Assembly: GCA_963656825.1 (NCBI GenBank)
Contig: CAVKJG010000001.1
Span: forward strand, 2,059-66,058
Length of the DNA: 64,000 nt
Reading direction: 5' to 3'
From: Sphaerochaetaceae bacterium
GTDB lineage: Bacteria; Bacillota; Clostridia; Oscillospirales; CAG-272
The position numbers and the translations under genes were made by a program. Below are positions 34,613 through 43,470 of this stretch, in pieces. Each line of letters begins with the position of its first letter. The first letter of the stretch is position 1. A model generated the notes under the pieces. The model was not told the origin of the DNA. It was given only the letters and a program-made list of their open reading frames with translations, and did not search any database.

Positions 34613-35173
34613 CTATACCGTGATCCCTTCCCGCTCAAGATGCGTTTTTAATTTCAGGCGCGTGCGGAACAGCAATGATTTGACGTGGCTTTCGCTGATA
34701 TCAAATCTTTCGGCAAGTTCGGACACCTGATCGCAGTAAAAATATCTGCAGACAAAAACCTTGCGCGTAAGCTCCTTCTGCGTGTGCAGAAATTCGCTTA
34801 TGCTTTTTCCTATCAGCCTTGCCTGCTCCTCCGTATCCATGATTTCACCTCCCGGAACACATTCGTCTAGCTCATCGAGGGAAACCGCGAATTCTCCTTC
34901 GGCTCGTTTTCCGGCATATTTCATTTTATATTTGTTTATTGAAATATTCCGCGCGAGCTTCCCGAGATACGCCGCAAGACTCTGCGGACGGTTCGGCGGG
35001 ATCGAATTCCATGCTTTCAGCCAGACATCGTTTATACATTCCTCGCTGTCGGGCTCACTTTCAAGAATGTTCATCGCTATTTTCATACAATACGACCCGT
35101 ACTTTTTTTCCGTTTCGATTATTGCCGTTTCGTTTCTGTCAAAATACAGATCGATTATCTGCAAATCCTCCAC
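34613..35173 (-). CDS. RNA polymerase sigma factor, sigma-70 ECF-type
   Basis: Region 2 (ECINDVWLKAWNSI) and region 4 HTH (VSELAERFDISESHVKSLLFRTRLKLK). Confidence 0.85.
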   Translation of the reverse strand: MEDLQIIDLYFDRNETAIIETEKKYGSYCMKIAMNILESEPDSEECINDVWLKAWNSIPPNRPQSLAAYLGKLARNISINKYKMKYAGKRAEGEFAVSLDELDECVPGGEIMDTEEQARLIGKSISEFLHTQKELTRKVFVCRYFYCDQVSELAERFDISESHVKSLLFRTRLKLKTHLEREGITV

Positions 35174-35369
35174 GTTTTCACCTCCTGCTCTTATGCGCTC
35201 CTATCCCTATATACAGTTTTTTTGCGGAACGGTTTCATTTTTTATAAAAATTTTTGCCGGATTTTTTTTATTATAGTCGCAAAAGCCCGTTTCTTCTCTG
35301 TTTTTATGTCTTTTTTGTCGGGAAACAAAGCTTTCCTCAAATATAATACATTTTCTTTGTGAACATTTC

Positions 35370-35402
35370 AAATATGAAAAGAGCTTCCTTGCGAGAAGCT
35401 CT
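35370..35402 (-). terminator. rho-independent terminator after mgtC
   Basis: AGAGCTTC/GAAGCTCT stem followed on the minus strand by TTTTCATATTT. Confidence 0.65.
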
Positions 35403-35425
35403 TATTATATTCGGTTTTTTATCCG

Positions 35426-36145
35426 TTATCTCATTTCTTCGATATAGTAAACGTAGTCGAGAGTGCGCAGCGCCTCGATAATTTCCGCATGCGTCTTATA
35501 TTTTTTAAGCTCGTCGGAGCTTATCGTAATGGCTACCGTATAAACGCTGAGTCCGGAGTTGAGATACGCGGGATTTGCTTCGATATCGTCTATTCTCAGT
35601 CCGAGCTCGCGGATGGTCGTTACAAAATCCTGAAGATTGCTCTTGTTTTTGAGTTCAAGATGCACTTCAAAGTGATTTGAACGGTTTTTAAGGAATATTT
35701 CTATACGCATAAAGAATGAAAAGCTGAGAAGTATTGTCACAAAAGCGACAATGGTAAGAGTATAAAGTCCCGCGCCGGCGGAAAGTCCCACTATGCCGCA
35801 GGCCCAGAGTCCTGCCGAGGTTGTAAGTCCTTTTATCTGATTTCTTGAGCTGAAAAGCACGGAATTTCCGCTTATCATCGCAGAAGAAATTATCGTTGCC
35901 GCAGAAAGCAGCGGAAGCTTTATTCCAGTATTGCCCATAAGCGCAAGGTCAACAAGCATCGATACCGTTGACGCAAGGGATATTGTTATGAAGGTTCTCA
36001 GCCCCGCCGAATGTCTTTTGCTCGACCTTTCACAGCCTATTATGGCGGACAGAACAAGCGAAATAAATATTCTGAACACCACAGACCAGAGTCCCAGCTC
36101 CGACGACCATCCGCCGAGCATTTCCGCAATAGGATCGTAAATCAT
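35426..36145 (-). CDS. mgtC: MgtC/SapB family membrane protein
   Basis: GCERSSKRHSAGLRTF motif, 4-5 TM helices, and a C-terminal ACT-like domain. Confidence 0.85.
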   Translation of the reverse strand: MIYDPIAEMLGGWSSELGLWSVVFRIFISLVLSAIIGCERSSKRHSAGLRTFITISLASTVSMLVDLALMGNTGIKLPLLSAATIISSAMISGNSVLFSSRNQIKGLTTSAGLWACGIVGLSAGAGLYTLTIVAFVTILLSFSFFMRIEIFLKNRSNHFEVHLELKNKSNLQDFVTTIRELGLRIDDIEANPAYLNSGLSVYTVAITISSDELKKYKTHAEIIEALRTLDYVYYIEEMR

Positions 36146-36158
36146 TTTGTAATCTCCT

Positions 36159-37607
36159 TTACTTTCTGTTTATAAAGCCGCGCCGGCGTCCCATAGCGCC
36201 CATTGCCGCATACTGCTCCTCCGCCGCCTCAAGGAACGCCTGCTCCTCTTCGGACGGCGCAGGCTCGCTGTGAGCGGGAAGCTCGGCTTGAATTTTCTTT
36301 ATTCTCTCCGTCAGAATCTCGACTGGAGTTTTCGGAACGCCGTCGCTTGTAAGCGGCACGTCGCTTGTTATTTCTTCAAGCTTTGTCGAATACGAATGCG
36401 ACAGATACAGCGAAAGCTTTGCCGCCGCAGGACCTATAAGCTCATACAGCACGCTCGACGCCAAAATAACTGTTTCAAGCGCGTTGCCTGTTTCTCCGCC
36501 GAGCATACGCGCGCCGAGAGCGGAAAGTCCGATTGCAACCCCCGCCTGAGGAATGAGCGCAAGTCCGAGATAATTTCTTACCTTTTTGTCCTTTCCGACA
36601 AGGGCGCAGCCAATAAACGAGCCGGCATATTTGCCGATTATTCTTACAAAGAAATAAAGTACGCCGACAAGCAGAAGCGGTACGCCGCCGACAGCAGACG
36701 AAGTATTTACAAGCGCGCCGAGGTCAAAGGTCACGCCCGACCTTACGAAAAACAAAAGAAGTATCGGCGGACTGAAGTAGTTGAGCTGCTTGAAAAGCTT
36801 GTCGTCGTCGGTTGTGTTTATGTAAACCATTCCCATCGACATACAGCCCAGAAGCGGCGAGATATCCATCATGGCGCATATTCCGCAGAAAGTAAAAAGC
36901 AGCGCCACGGAAACTATAAGTCTGTTGTCCGTGGAGCGCTTGTTCATAAGGAATTTCAGCGCAAGCCCGAAAAGTCCTCCCAGCGCAAGCACGACAAGAT
37001 TGAGAATTATCGGCTTTATCACGCTTTCAAAGCCGGCAGAGCCTCCCGTAGCGGACGAGGCGAGCGCGATTGATATCGCCGCGCTGTAAGCCAGAAGTCC
37101 CACTACGTCGTCAAGGGCGACAACCTGAAGAAGAGTATCGACAAAATCGCCCTTTGCCCTTGTCTGACGTATCGTCATCATGGTCGAAGCCGGAGCGGTA
37201 GCGGCGGCAAGCGCCGCAAGCACAGCGGAAAAAGCAAGGTCTATCCCAAGCACCCAATATGTAACTATGAATACGAAAAACGTAGCCACAAGCGATTCAA
37301 GAAGCGTTATTATGACTACCTTCATTCCGTTTTTCTTTAACGTTGACAGCCGGAAGAATTCTCCCGTGCTGAAGGCTATAAACGAAAGGGCTATATCCGG
37401 CAAAAAGTCCATCCCGTCTATTACTCTTGTCGGTATCACATCAAGAACGTACGGTCCTATAAGAATTCCGACAACTATATAAGCGGTTACGTTCGGAAGC
37501 CGGAGCAGCTTTGTTATCCGCGTCATCAAAAAGCCGCAGAAAAGCATCACCGCTATGGAAATTATCACCGATGCAACCGACCCCGTGCTTTCCACCATTG
37601 CGCGCAT
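36159..37607 (-). CDS. cation:proton antiporter (CPA2/Kef-like Na_H_Exchanger family)
   Basis: About 12 TM helices with the typical N-terminal LPNVTAYIVVGILIGP motif. Confidence 0.8.
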   Translation of the reverse strand: MRAMVESTGSVASVIISIAVMLFCGFLMTRITKLLRLPNVTAYIVVGILIGPYVLDVIPTRVIDGMDFLPDIALSFIAFSTGEFFRLSTLKKNGMKVVIITLLESLVATFFVFIVTYWVLGIDLAFSAVLAALAAATAPASTMMTIRQTRAKGDFVDTLLQVVALDDVVGLLAYSAAISIALASSATGGSAGFESVIKPIILNLVVLALGGLFGLALKFLMNKRSTDNRLIVSVALLFTFCGICAMMDISPLLGCMSMGMVYINTTDDDKLFKQLNYFSPPILLLFFVRSGVTFDLGALVNTSSAVGGVPLLLVGVLYFFVRIIGKYAGSFIGCALVGKDKKVRNYLGLALIPQAGVAIGLSALGARMLGGETGNALETVILASSVLYELIGPAAAKLSLYLSHSYSTKLEEITSDVPLTSDGVPKTPVEILTERIKKIQAELPAHSEPAPSEEEQAFLEAAEEQYAAMGAMGRRRGFINRK

Positions 37608-37669
37608 ATCTTCTTTCCTTTCCCGTGTAATTTATCCCGTGCTTTTTTTCGGGAAGCGCTATACCGTAA

Positions 37670-37984
37670 TTATTTGTCTTCGCCGTTTGTTTCGTCGGGC
37701 TTGCCCTCTTCGGAGTTGCTTTCTTCCTTTTCGTCGCTTATAACTATGTCCTCTTCCACCTCTTTGCCGGCGTTTTCGTCAATTCCGAGCTTTTTGGAAA
37801 CCTTTTTCTTTACCTTTCTCCACCACACAAAGAACACCGCGCCAGCCGCAATAACTATTCCCGCTATCGCCTGCGCCGCATACGATACAACCGACGGATC
37901 TATATAAGCCGCCGCATTTACGGAAGCAAATATCATCATGCCCAAACAAAGATATGCCGATAAAATTATTTTAATACGTTTCAT
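37670..37984 (-). CDS. small membrane protein (104 aa), acidic C-terminal tail
   Basis: ATG 37984 follows an AAGGAGAA RBS. The longer ORF-track version overlaps the upstream gene. Signal/TM helix plus a second TM helix. Confidence 0.55.
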   Translation of the reverse strand: MKRIKIILSAYLCLGMMIFASVNAAAYIDPSVVSYAAQAIAGIVIAAGAVFFVWWRKVKKKVSKKLGIDENAGKEVEEDIVISDEKEESNSEEGKPDETNGEDK

Positions 37985-37997
37985 TGCCGAATTCTCC

Positions 37998-40058
37998 TTA
38001 TGAATCTTTCTTTTTCTTCTGTATTTCGCTGAGCCGCGAAAGAATATATTTTGCGCCTTCATCGCCGCCGCTGCCGTATGAATAAAGATGCTCGTGCAAA
38101 AGCGCTGTAATTTTCTCCTTGTACTTTTCTCCGCTTGCCATAAGCTCGTTTGCCGTGGCTTTTGTTTTGTCAAGCTCGCTCTTTTCGAGCGCTACGCCGA
38201 CCTTGTCGCGGAGGTATATTTCTGACGGCGTACAGCCTATCCTCTCCCATTCGGGATTTTCAACCTTCATTTTCGTATTTACGAAAAGCACCGGCTTTTT
38301 TGTCGAAAAGCAGAACTCATACGCAACAGCCGACCAATCCGTTATCAGAAGATCGGACGAATATATAGACTTATTCGTCGTAAAGTCAAGCTCAAAGCTC
38401 AGCTTTTCCTCGGGAACGCCCGAATATTTTTCCGTCATCAGCTTTATCTTTTCCGGATATCTTTTCACATATTCGGGATGAGGACGGACGGTTATATGAT
38501 TTTCGTCGCACATAAGCTGTTCTATAAGCTTATCGACGCAGCTGTCGAGCAGGTTGTCCTCCTGCCACGAAGGCGCGATAAGTATTTCTTTTTTTGAGTG
38601 CGGAGTCTTGTCCATATCATCATAAGCCTTTTCAAGCTTTTCTTCAAGAGGATATCCGAATTTTACAAGCGTTTTCTGCGGAAGCGAATAAACCTGTTCC
38701 GTCTTTCTCACTTCCCTTGCGACGTGCTCTCCCGTGCAGAATATCGTATCAAAATGATCGAGCGACGCCTTTCTGAAGCCCATATGAACGCTCATCATAT
38801 CGTGCGGAACGTAGATATATTCGACGTCCTTGCGGACAAGCGAGCGCTTTATATAAAAATTGTCAAGATCGGGCGTCGTCATAGCCACTATGTCGGCGTC
38901 CATTTTCATCATCAGCGTTATCAGCTTTTTCTGTCCTATGTAATAGGGCTTTATCTTCGGATTTGATTTCGCAAGCTCAAATATCGCGTCGTCCGGATCG
39001 TTTGTTATGTAATGAATCGTTATATTCGATTTTTTGAGCAGACTGTTTATAAGCGCTTCGTAATACTTATAAAATCCGCTGCGTTCGGAGTAAATCACAA
39101 AATGCTTGTTTACTATCTTGAAAAACCGTTTGTAATCGGCTTTTTCTCTTTTTGCGTTTTCCTTTGCTTTTTCATCGTTTTTGCTCTCGCCGAGACGTTC
39201 TATATCGGCAAGCGCGGCTCGACTTTCTTCAAGCTTGCCGTAGTCAACGTATTTTTTCGGATTTATGGCGGCGTTTAGCGCAAGCTGCTGAGCTATCGCA
39301 AACAGGTTGCTTGCCACCCAGTAAAGCGCCACTCCCGAATAAACGAAAAATCCGAGCGAAAGCGAAATCCCTACGGAAAGCACCGTCATTCCGTATTTAT
39401 TCAGCTTGCTCTGCTCCGCCTGAAGAACGTTTATCGCGTTCTGCACCCGGCAAAGGAGAAGCGACGAGCCGCCCGCGATAACGGGAACAAGCGTATAGAT
39501 TCCCCAAACCTTATAAGGCTCAGCACCGAGCGAAAAGCCCACAAACGAAAGGTCAAAGCCTTTTATCTGCATTGCGACAGCCGAAAGCGAAGCATCCGGC
39601 ACCGCGCCCGACTGTATCATGCGTATGATGCCGAGCTGATCGCCCTCTTCAAGTCCGAAGCCCTTTGCAAGCGCTGACACGGTTTCGCCGCTTATGTGAA
39701 GGATGCTTGTAAGCGGCTGTTTTACTATATAAACCACCGCGCTGAGAAGCAGCAGCTGCAAAAGCAGCGGCACTACCGACGCAAACGGACTGTACCCTAT
39801 CTTTTTATACAACGCCGTTTCTTCTTCGGCAATTCTGTCCCTGTCGCCGTAATACTTTGCTTTTATAAAGTTTATATCCGGCTGAATGGTAACCATCTTT
39901 ATTGAATTTTTGTGTACCCACACCGAAATGGGAAGAAGTATTATCTTTGTGCAGAGAGTAAATAAAATTATGGCAAGACCGTAATTGCCGAGAAGCTCCC
40001 AGCACCATTTCATAACGTATCCGAGCGGATAACATATATAATACATCAGGGTATCCAT
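37998..40058 (-). CDS. fusion protein: N-terminal YidC/Oxa1-family insertase domain plus C-terminal CDP-glycerol glycerophosphotransferase (TagB/TagF-like) domain
   Basis: N-terminus: NYGLAIILFTLCTKIILLPISVWVHKNSIKM...LYKKIGYSPFASVVPLLLQLLLL (YidC core). C-terminus: ILIAPSWQ, VRPHPEY, DLLITDWSAVAYEFCFSTKKPVLFV (Glyphos_transf-like). Confidence 0.75.
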   Translation of the reverse strand: MDTLMYYICYPLGYVMKWCWELLGNYGLAIILFTLCTKIILLPISVWVHKNSIKMVTIQPDINFIKAKYYGDRDRIAEEETALYKKIGYSPFASVVPLLLQLLLLSAVVYIVKQPLTSILHISGETVSALAKGFGLEEGDQLGIIRMIQSGAVPDASLSAVAMQIKGFDLSFVGFSLGAEPYKVWGIYTLVPVIAGGSSLLLCRVQNAINVLQAEQSKLNKYGMTVLSVGISLSLGFFVYSGVALYWVASNLFAIAQQLALNAAINPKKYVDYGKLEESRAALADIERLGESKNDEKAKENAKREKADYKRFFKIVNKHFVIYSERSGFYKYYEALINSLLKKSNITIHYITNDPDDAIFELAKSNPKIKPYYIGQKKLITLMMKMDADIVAMTTPDLDNFYIKRSLVRKDVEYIYVPHDMMSVHMGFRKASLDHFDTIFCTGEHVAREVRKTEQVYSLPQKTLVKFGYPLEEKLEKAYDDMDKTPHSKKEILIAPSWQEDNLLDSCVDKLIEQLMCDENHITVRPHPEYVKRYPEKIKLMTEKYSGVPEEKLSFELDFTTNKSIYSSDLLITDWSAVAYEFCFSTKKPVLFVNTKMKVENPEWERIGCTPSEIYLRDKVGVALEKSELDKTKATANELMASGEKYKEKITALLHEHLYSYGSGGDEGAKYILSRLSEIQKKKKDS

Positions 40059-40079
40059 TTGTTCTCCTTTGTCGCAGGA

Positions 40080-41894
40080 TCAGTTGTAAAGCGATCCTAT
40101 GTTTATATCCGAAACTGCTTTCCAGTTTGAAAAATCGCTTCCCTTGCCCGTTACGGCAAAGTCGATAAGTCTTGTTTTTCCGGCGTCGTAAAGCTCAAAA
40201 ATGTGATGACGCGTAACGTTTTCATTTTCGTCTATGTCAAAATACGATTTTCCGTAGTCGTTTTCCGTTTTTATCCCCGCGGATTTTACAAGCGTGGCTA
40301 TCAGATTGTCCTGACATACCTGCGCGTGAGAATATTCGAGCGGTTCGTCGCTTCTTCCGGACTGCTTTACGAAAAGCGAGGTTATTCTCGGCTGAGTGGG
40401 AATCTCACCGTCGTCCCTTGCGCTCGGATGGTCGCCCGTTATAACAATGGTCGAATCCTCGTAAACCCCGAGACGGCGCATTTCGTCAATGTATGAATAT
40501 ATCATTTTGAAATCGCCTCTGATAGCGGGGAGCGCCGCTCCGTTCTCAACGCGATTGCCGTCCTCGTCCATATTGTAAGGCTGGTGACAGCCGTTCATAT
40601 GAATGAATATATACGAACCCTTGCTGTCGTCCGCGGAAAGCCCGTCTTTCAGCAGCTCGTGCAGACGCGGATCGTCGATCTTGTACGCAGGCGCCTCGCC
40701 GTTGTAGCTTACGGCTCTGTCAAACGACGAGCTTGATACGCTCACGCTTGATTTCAGCACTGAGGGCAGACATCTGTAAAGCGAAAGCGCCATCATATTT
40801 CCGACAAGACCTGCCCTGTCGTTTACAGTGTACTTTGTGACGCTTGAAATGTTTTCAACCGTTCCCTTCATCGAATTTGCGTTTCTGTAGCCGTAATAAT
40901 CCGAGGTATAAAGCTTCACCTTGTAGCCGTTTTCCTTAAGATCCGAAAGGAAGGGCGATGTACCGTAGGCGTTATCGAGCCAGCTTTCCGCGCTTCTGTC
41001 GTACATATACGGAAGACCTGTTATCATCGTCGCAACGCCGGGATATGTCCTTGAGAAAAGCGATATGTTATCGTCAAAAAAGGTAAAGCCCGTAAGCTTT
41101 GAAAAAAATTCGGGATCGTCGCTTACAACGTCGTTATAATAGCTGATATCAAAGCGGTCAAGCACAAAAACTATGATGTTTTTGCCGCCGGAAACCTCGT
41201 TTATTCCCATTTCGGTAAGATATTTTCTTACGTCTTCGTCCTTTTTTTCGTCCTTTGTTTCGACAGTCGTTTCGGCCGAGGTCGTTTCCGAGCCGGAGGA
41301 CGAGCCGCCTTTTGTCGTGGCGCTCGTCTGCGCAGGTCTGTCCGTAAGCTTGGGAATGTTCGATACGCAGCCTACCGTCTGCATACCGACTATCATTACC
41401 AGAAGTACGATGGCGATTGTTTTTATCGTTTCGTGTTTTTTCATTTTAAGCGCTCCCAAAATACATAATCCCGCCGTGATTATCCACAGCGCGGTATCAA
41501 ATATCAGAAAGCCCGTACCTATTTTCGTGCCGACGTCGTCCTTTGCAAGCGAACCCATTCCCACGTTGAGAAACATTCCCTGAACATATCCCATAAGCGC
41601 CGCCCAGAAAAATATTCCGAAAAGCACGCGGAAAAGCGTTCCGTCCGCAATGAGAAGCAAAAGCGTTATCAGAAGCGAGATTGCCGCGGCAATAAGCGCA
41701 AGATATCCGCCGAAATCGGAAAAGGAAAAAAGAAATTCTTTCCTGTTTCCGGCAAACGTATCCGCCGCTCCGAAAAAGATATAAGTAAATCCGACAGCTA
41801 CGCCGCAAAGCAGCGACGGCAATATCTTCTGTTTGATATTTTTAATAACACTCACCTCCCCGTCGGTAACTAATAATATACCACACATATACAA
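40080..41894 (-). CDS. LTA-synthase-like sulfatase-family phosphotransferase (polytopic N-terminus plus extracellular alkaline-phosphatase-fold domain)
   Basis: 5-6 TM helices, then NIIVFVLDRFD, SRTYPGVATMITG, HMNGCHQPY, VITGDHP. The true start is uncertain: a sigma-A promoter at 41875-41904 overlaps the first ATGs, and a GGAGG RBS at 41855-41859 points to an ATT codon at 41846. Confidence 0.75.
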   Translation of the reverse strand: MYMCGILLVTDGEVSVIKNIKQKILPSLLCGVAVGFTYIFFGAADTFAGNRKEFLFSFSDFGGYLALIAAAISLLITLLLLIADGTLFRVLFGIFFWAALMGYVQGMFLNVGMGSLAKDDVGTKIGTGFLIFDTALWIITAGLCILGALKMKKHETIKTIAIVLLVMIVGMQTVGCVSNIPKLTDRPAQTSATTKGGSSSGSETTSAETTVETKDEKKDEDVRKYLTEMGINEVSGGKNIIVFVLDRFDISYYNDVVSDDPEFFSKLTGFTFFDDNISLFSRTYPGVATMITGLPYMYDRSAESWLDNAYGTSPFLSDLKENGYKVKLYTSDYYGYRNANSMKGTVENISSVTKYTVNDRAGLVGNMMALSLYRCLPSVLKSSVSVSSSSFDRAVSYNGEAPAYKIDDPRLHELLKDGLSADDSKGSYIFIHMNGCHQPYNMDEDGNRVENGAALPAIRGDFKMIYSYIDEMRRLGVYEDSTIVITGDHPSARDDGEIPTQPRITSLFVKQSGRSDEPLEYSHAQVCQDNLIATLVKSAGIKTENDYGKSYFDIDENENVTRHHIFELYDAGKTRLIDFAVTGKGSDFSNWKAVSDINIGSLYN

Positions 41895-41904
41895 ACATTG
41901 TCAA
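41875..41904 (-). promoter_or_regulatory. sigma-A promoter (TTGACA-N18-TGgTATATT) for the LtaS-like/YidC-TagF operon
   Basis: -35 at 41899-41904 and -10 at 41875-41880 (minus strand). Confidence 0.65.
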
Positions 41905-42122
41905 CCGAAAAAGGATTTTTCGGCGTTTTTAAGCATTTTATTGTGAACTTTTACATATACGCGGTACAGGCTTTATAATAATTGCCCGTTTTCTTATTAG
42001 TCGATAACAAAGGCGTTTTATCTCACCGCAAATGCAAATCAGCCCGAAAAATTTTTCTTCCGTCGCAATATGCCGCAGAAAGCATATCATAAAAGTGCGG
42101 GAGTTCTTTTTGGGGGTGGCAT

Positions 42123-43037
42123 ATGGACTTTGATTTCTGCACGGCGGCGCCGTCCGATAAAATAAGAAGCTGCTGCTTTTCGGCAGCGTCGGAATATCCC
42201 TGCATATCGCTTTTCACAATAGGGCATTCCCTTATCGGACAGCCCATAGAATGTATGGCTTTCGGAAAAGGAGAAGTGTGCCATCTTGTCGTGGGGGCGC
42301 ATCACGGCTCGGAGCATATCACCGCGCTTATATGCGTGAAGTTTGTGCTTGACTGCGCAAAAGCGCTGCGCGACGACGTTTTTCTTGCCGGCTTTGACGT
42401 AAAGCACATATTTTCAAGACGCAGAATGTTTGTCGTACCCGTCATAAATCCCGACGGGATAGATATTCAGCAGGGCGCTTTCCCGAAGGAGCACGTTTTA
42501 TATCCGCGCCTGATATCAATGAATCCGCGCGGAAGGGATTTTACTCACTGGCAGGCAAACGCGCGCGGCGTGGACTTAAATCACAATTACGACGCAGGCT
42601 TTGCAAAATGTCGTCTGCTCGAACGCGAAATGGGCATATATTCGGGCGGTCCGACGCGCTTCGGCGGTCAGTATCCCGAAAGCGAACCCGAAACGCGCGC
42701 GCTGTGCAATCTCACGCGGCTCCTTGCCCCGAAGCTGAAAACCGCAATCGCGCTTCATACGCAGGGCGAAGAAATCTATTACGATTATCTCGGCAGTTAT
42801 CCGCGCGGCTCGCTTATGCTTGCGGAGTGCTTTTCGCGTGTTTCCGGCTATACGGTTTCCCGTCCCGACGGCATCGCCTCCTACGGCGGATATAAGGATT
42901 GGGTCATAAACGAATTCGGAATTCCCGCATTCACGATAGAATGCGGCAAGGGAGAAAATCCCTTGCCGCCGTGCGATTTTGATAAAATTTACGAAAAAGT
43001 TCTGCCTGTTTTGCTTACTGCGGCTTCATTCGGATAA
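42123..43037 (+). CDS. M14-family metallocarboxypeptidase (gamma-D-glutamyl-meso-diaminopimelate peptidase-like)
   Basis: Zn motif HHGSEHIT, VDLNHNYD, HTQGEEIYY. GGGGGTGG RBS. Confidence 0.8.
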   Translation: MDFDFCTAAPSDKIRSCCFSAASEYPCISLFTIGHSLIGQPIECMAFGKGEVCHLVVGAHHGSEHITALICVKFVLDCAKALRDDVFLAGFDVKHIFSRRRMFVVPVINPDGIDIQQGAFPKEHVLYPRLISMNPRGRDFTHWQANARGVDLNHNYDAGFAKCRLLEREMGIYSGGPTRFGGQYPESEPETRALCNLTRLLAPKLKTAIALHTQGEEIYYDYLGSYPRGSLMLAECFSRVSGYTVSRPDGIASYGGYKDWVINEFGIPAFTIECGKGENPLPPCDFDKIYEKVLPVLLTAASFG

Positions 43038-43085
43038 AAAACTCTTGCAATCGTACCGCGGTATGCTTTATAATGATATTGTAAG

Positions 43086-43343
43086 TCAGATTCCGAGATA
43101 TTTTTTCACCATCGTGTTCATAAGCTCGTCCCTGTCTATTCTGCGGATGAGCGCGCGCGCGTTTCTGTGGCTTGTTATATATGTCGGATCCTCGGAAAGC
43201 AGATATCCCACTATCTGATTTATGGGATTATAGCCCTTTTCAAGAAGCGCTTCGTAGACGGTTGTCAGTATCTGTTTTGTATCTTCTTCGCTCTGCTCCT
43301 CTGCGGAAAAGGTCACTTCTCTGTCTGTGTCCTGTGCTTGCAT
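43086..43343 (-). CDS. ireB: IreB-family regulatory phosphoprotein (UPF0297)
   Basis: [46 protein letters not shown] is the family signature. Confidence 0.9.
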   Translation of the reverse strand: MQAQDTDREVTFSAEEQSEEDTKQILTTVYEALLEKGYNPINQIVGYLLSEDPTYITSHRNARALIRRIDRDELMNTMVKKYLGI

Positions 43344-43470
43344 ACGGATATCCTCGCTTTCGTTTTTCGGTCTTTTTTATATTCTACACCAATGTATTTC
43401 ATTTTTCAACATTTTTTCGTACTTTAACGGCGCAAAGCCGTAAATATTTCTTAAAAAGGATGTGTATCAT

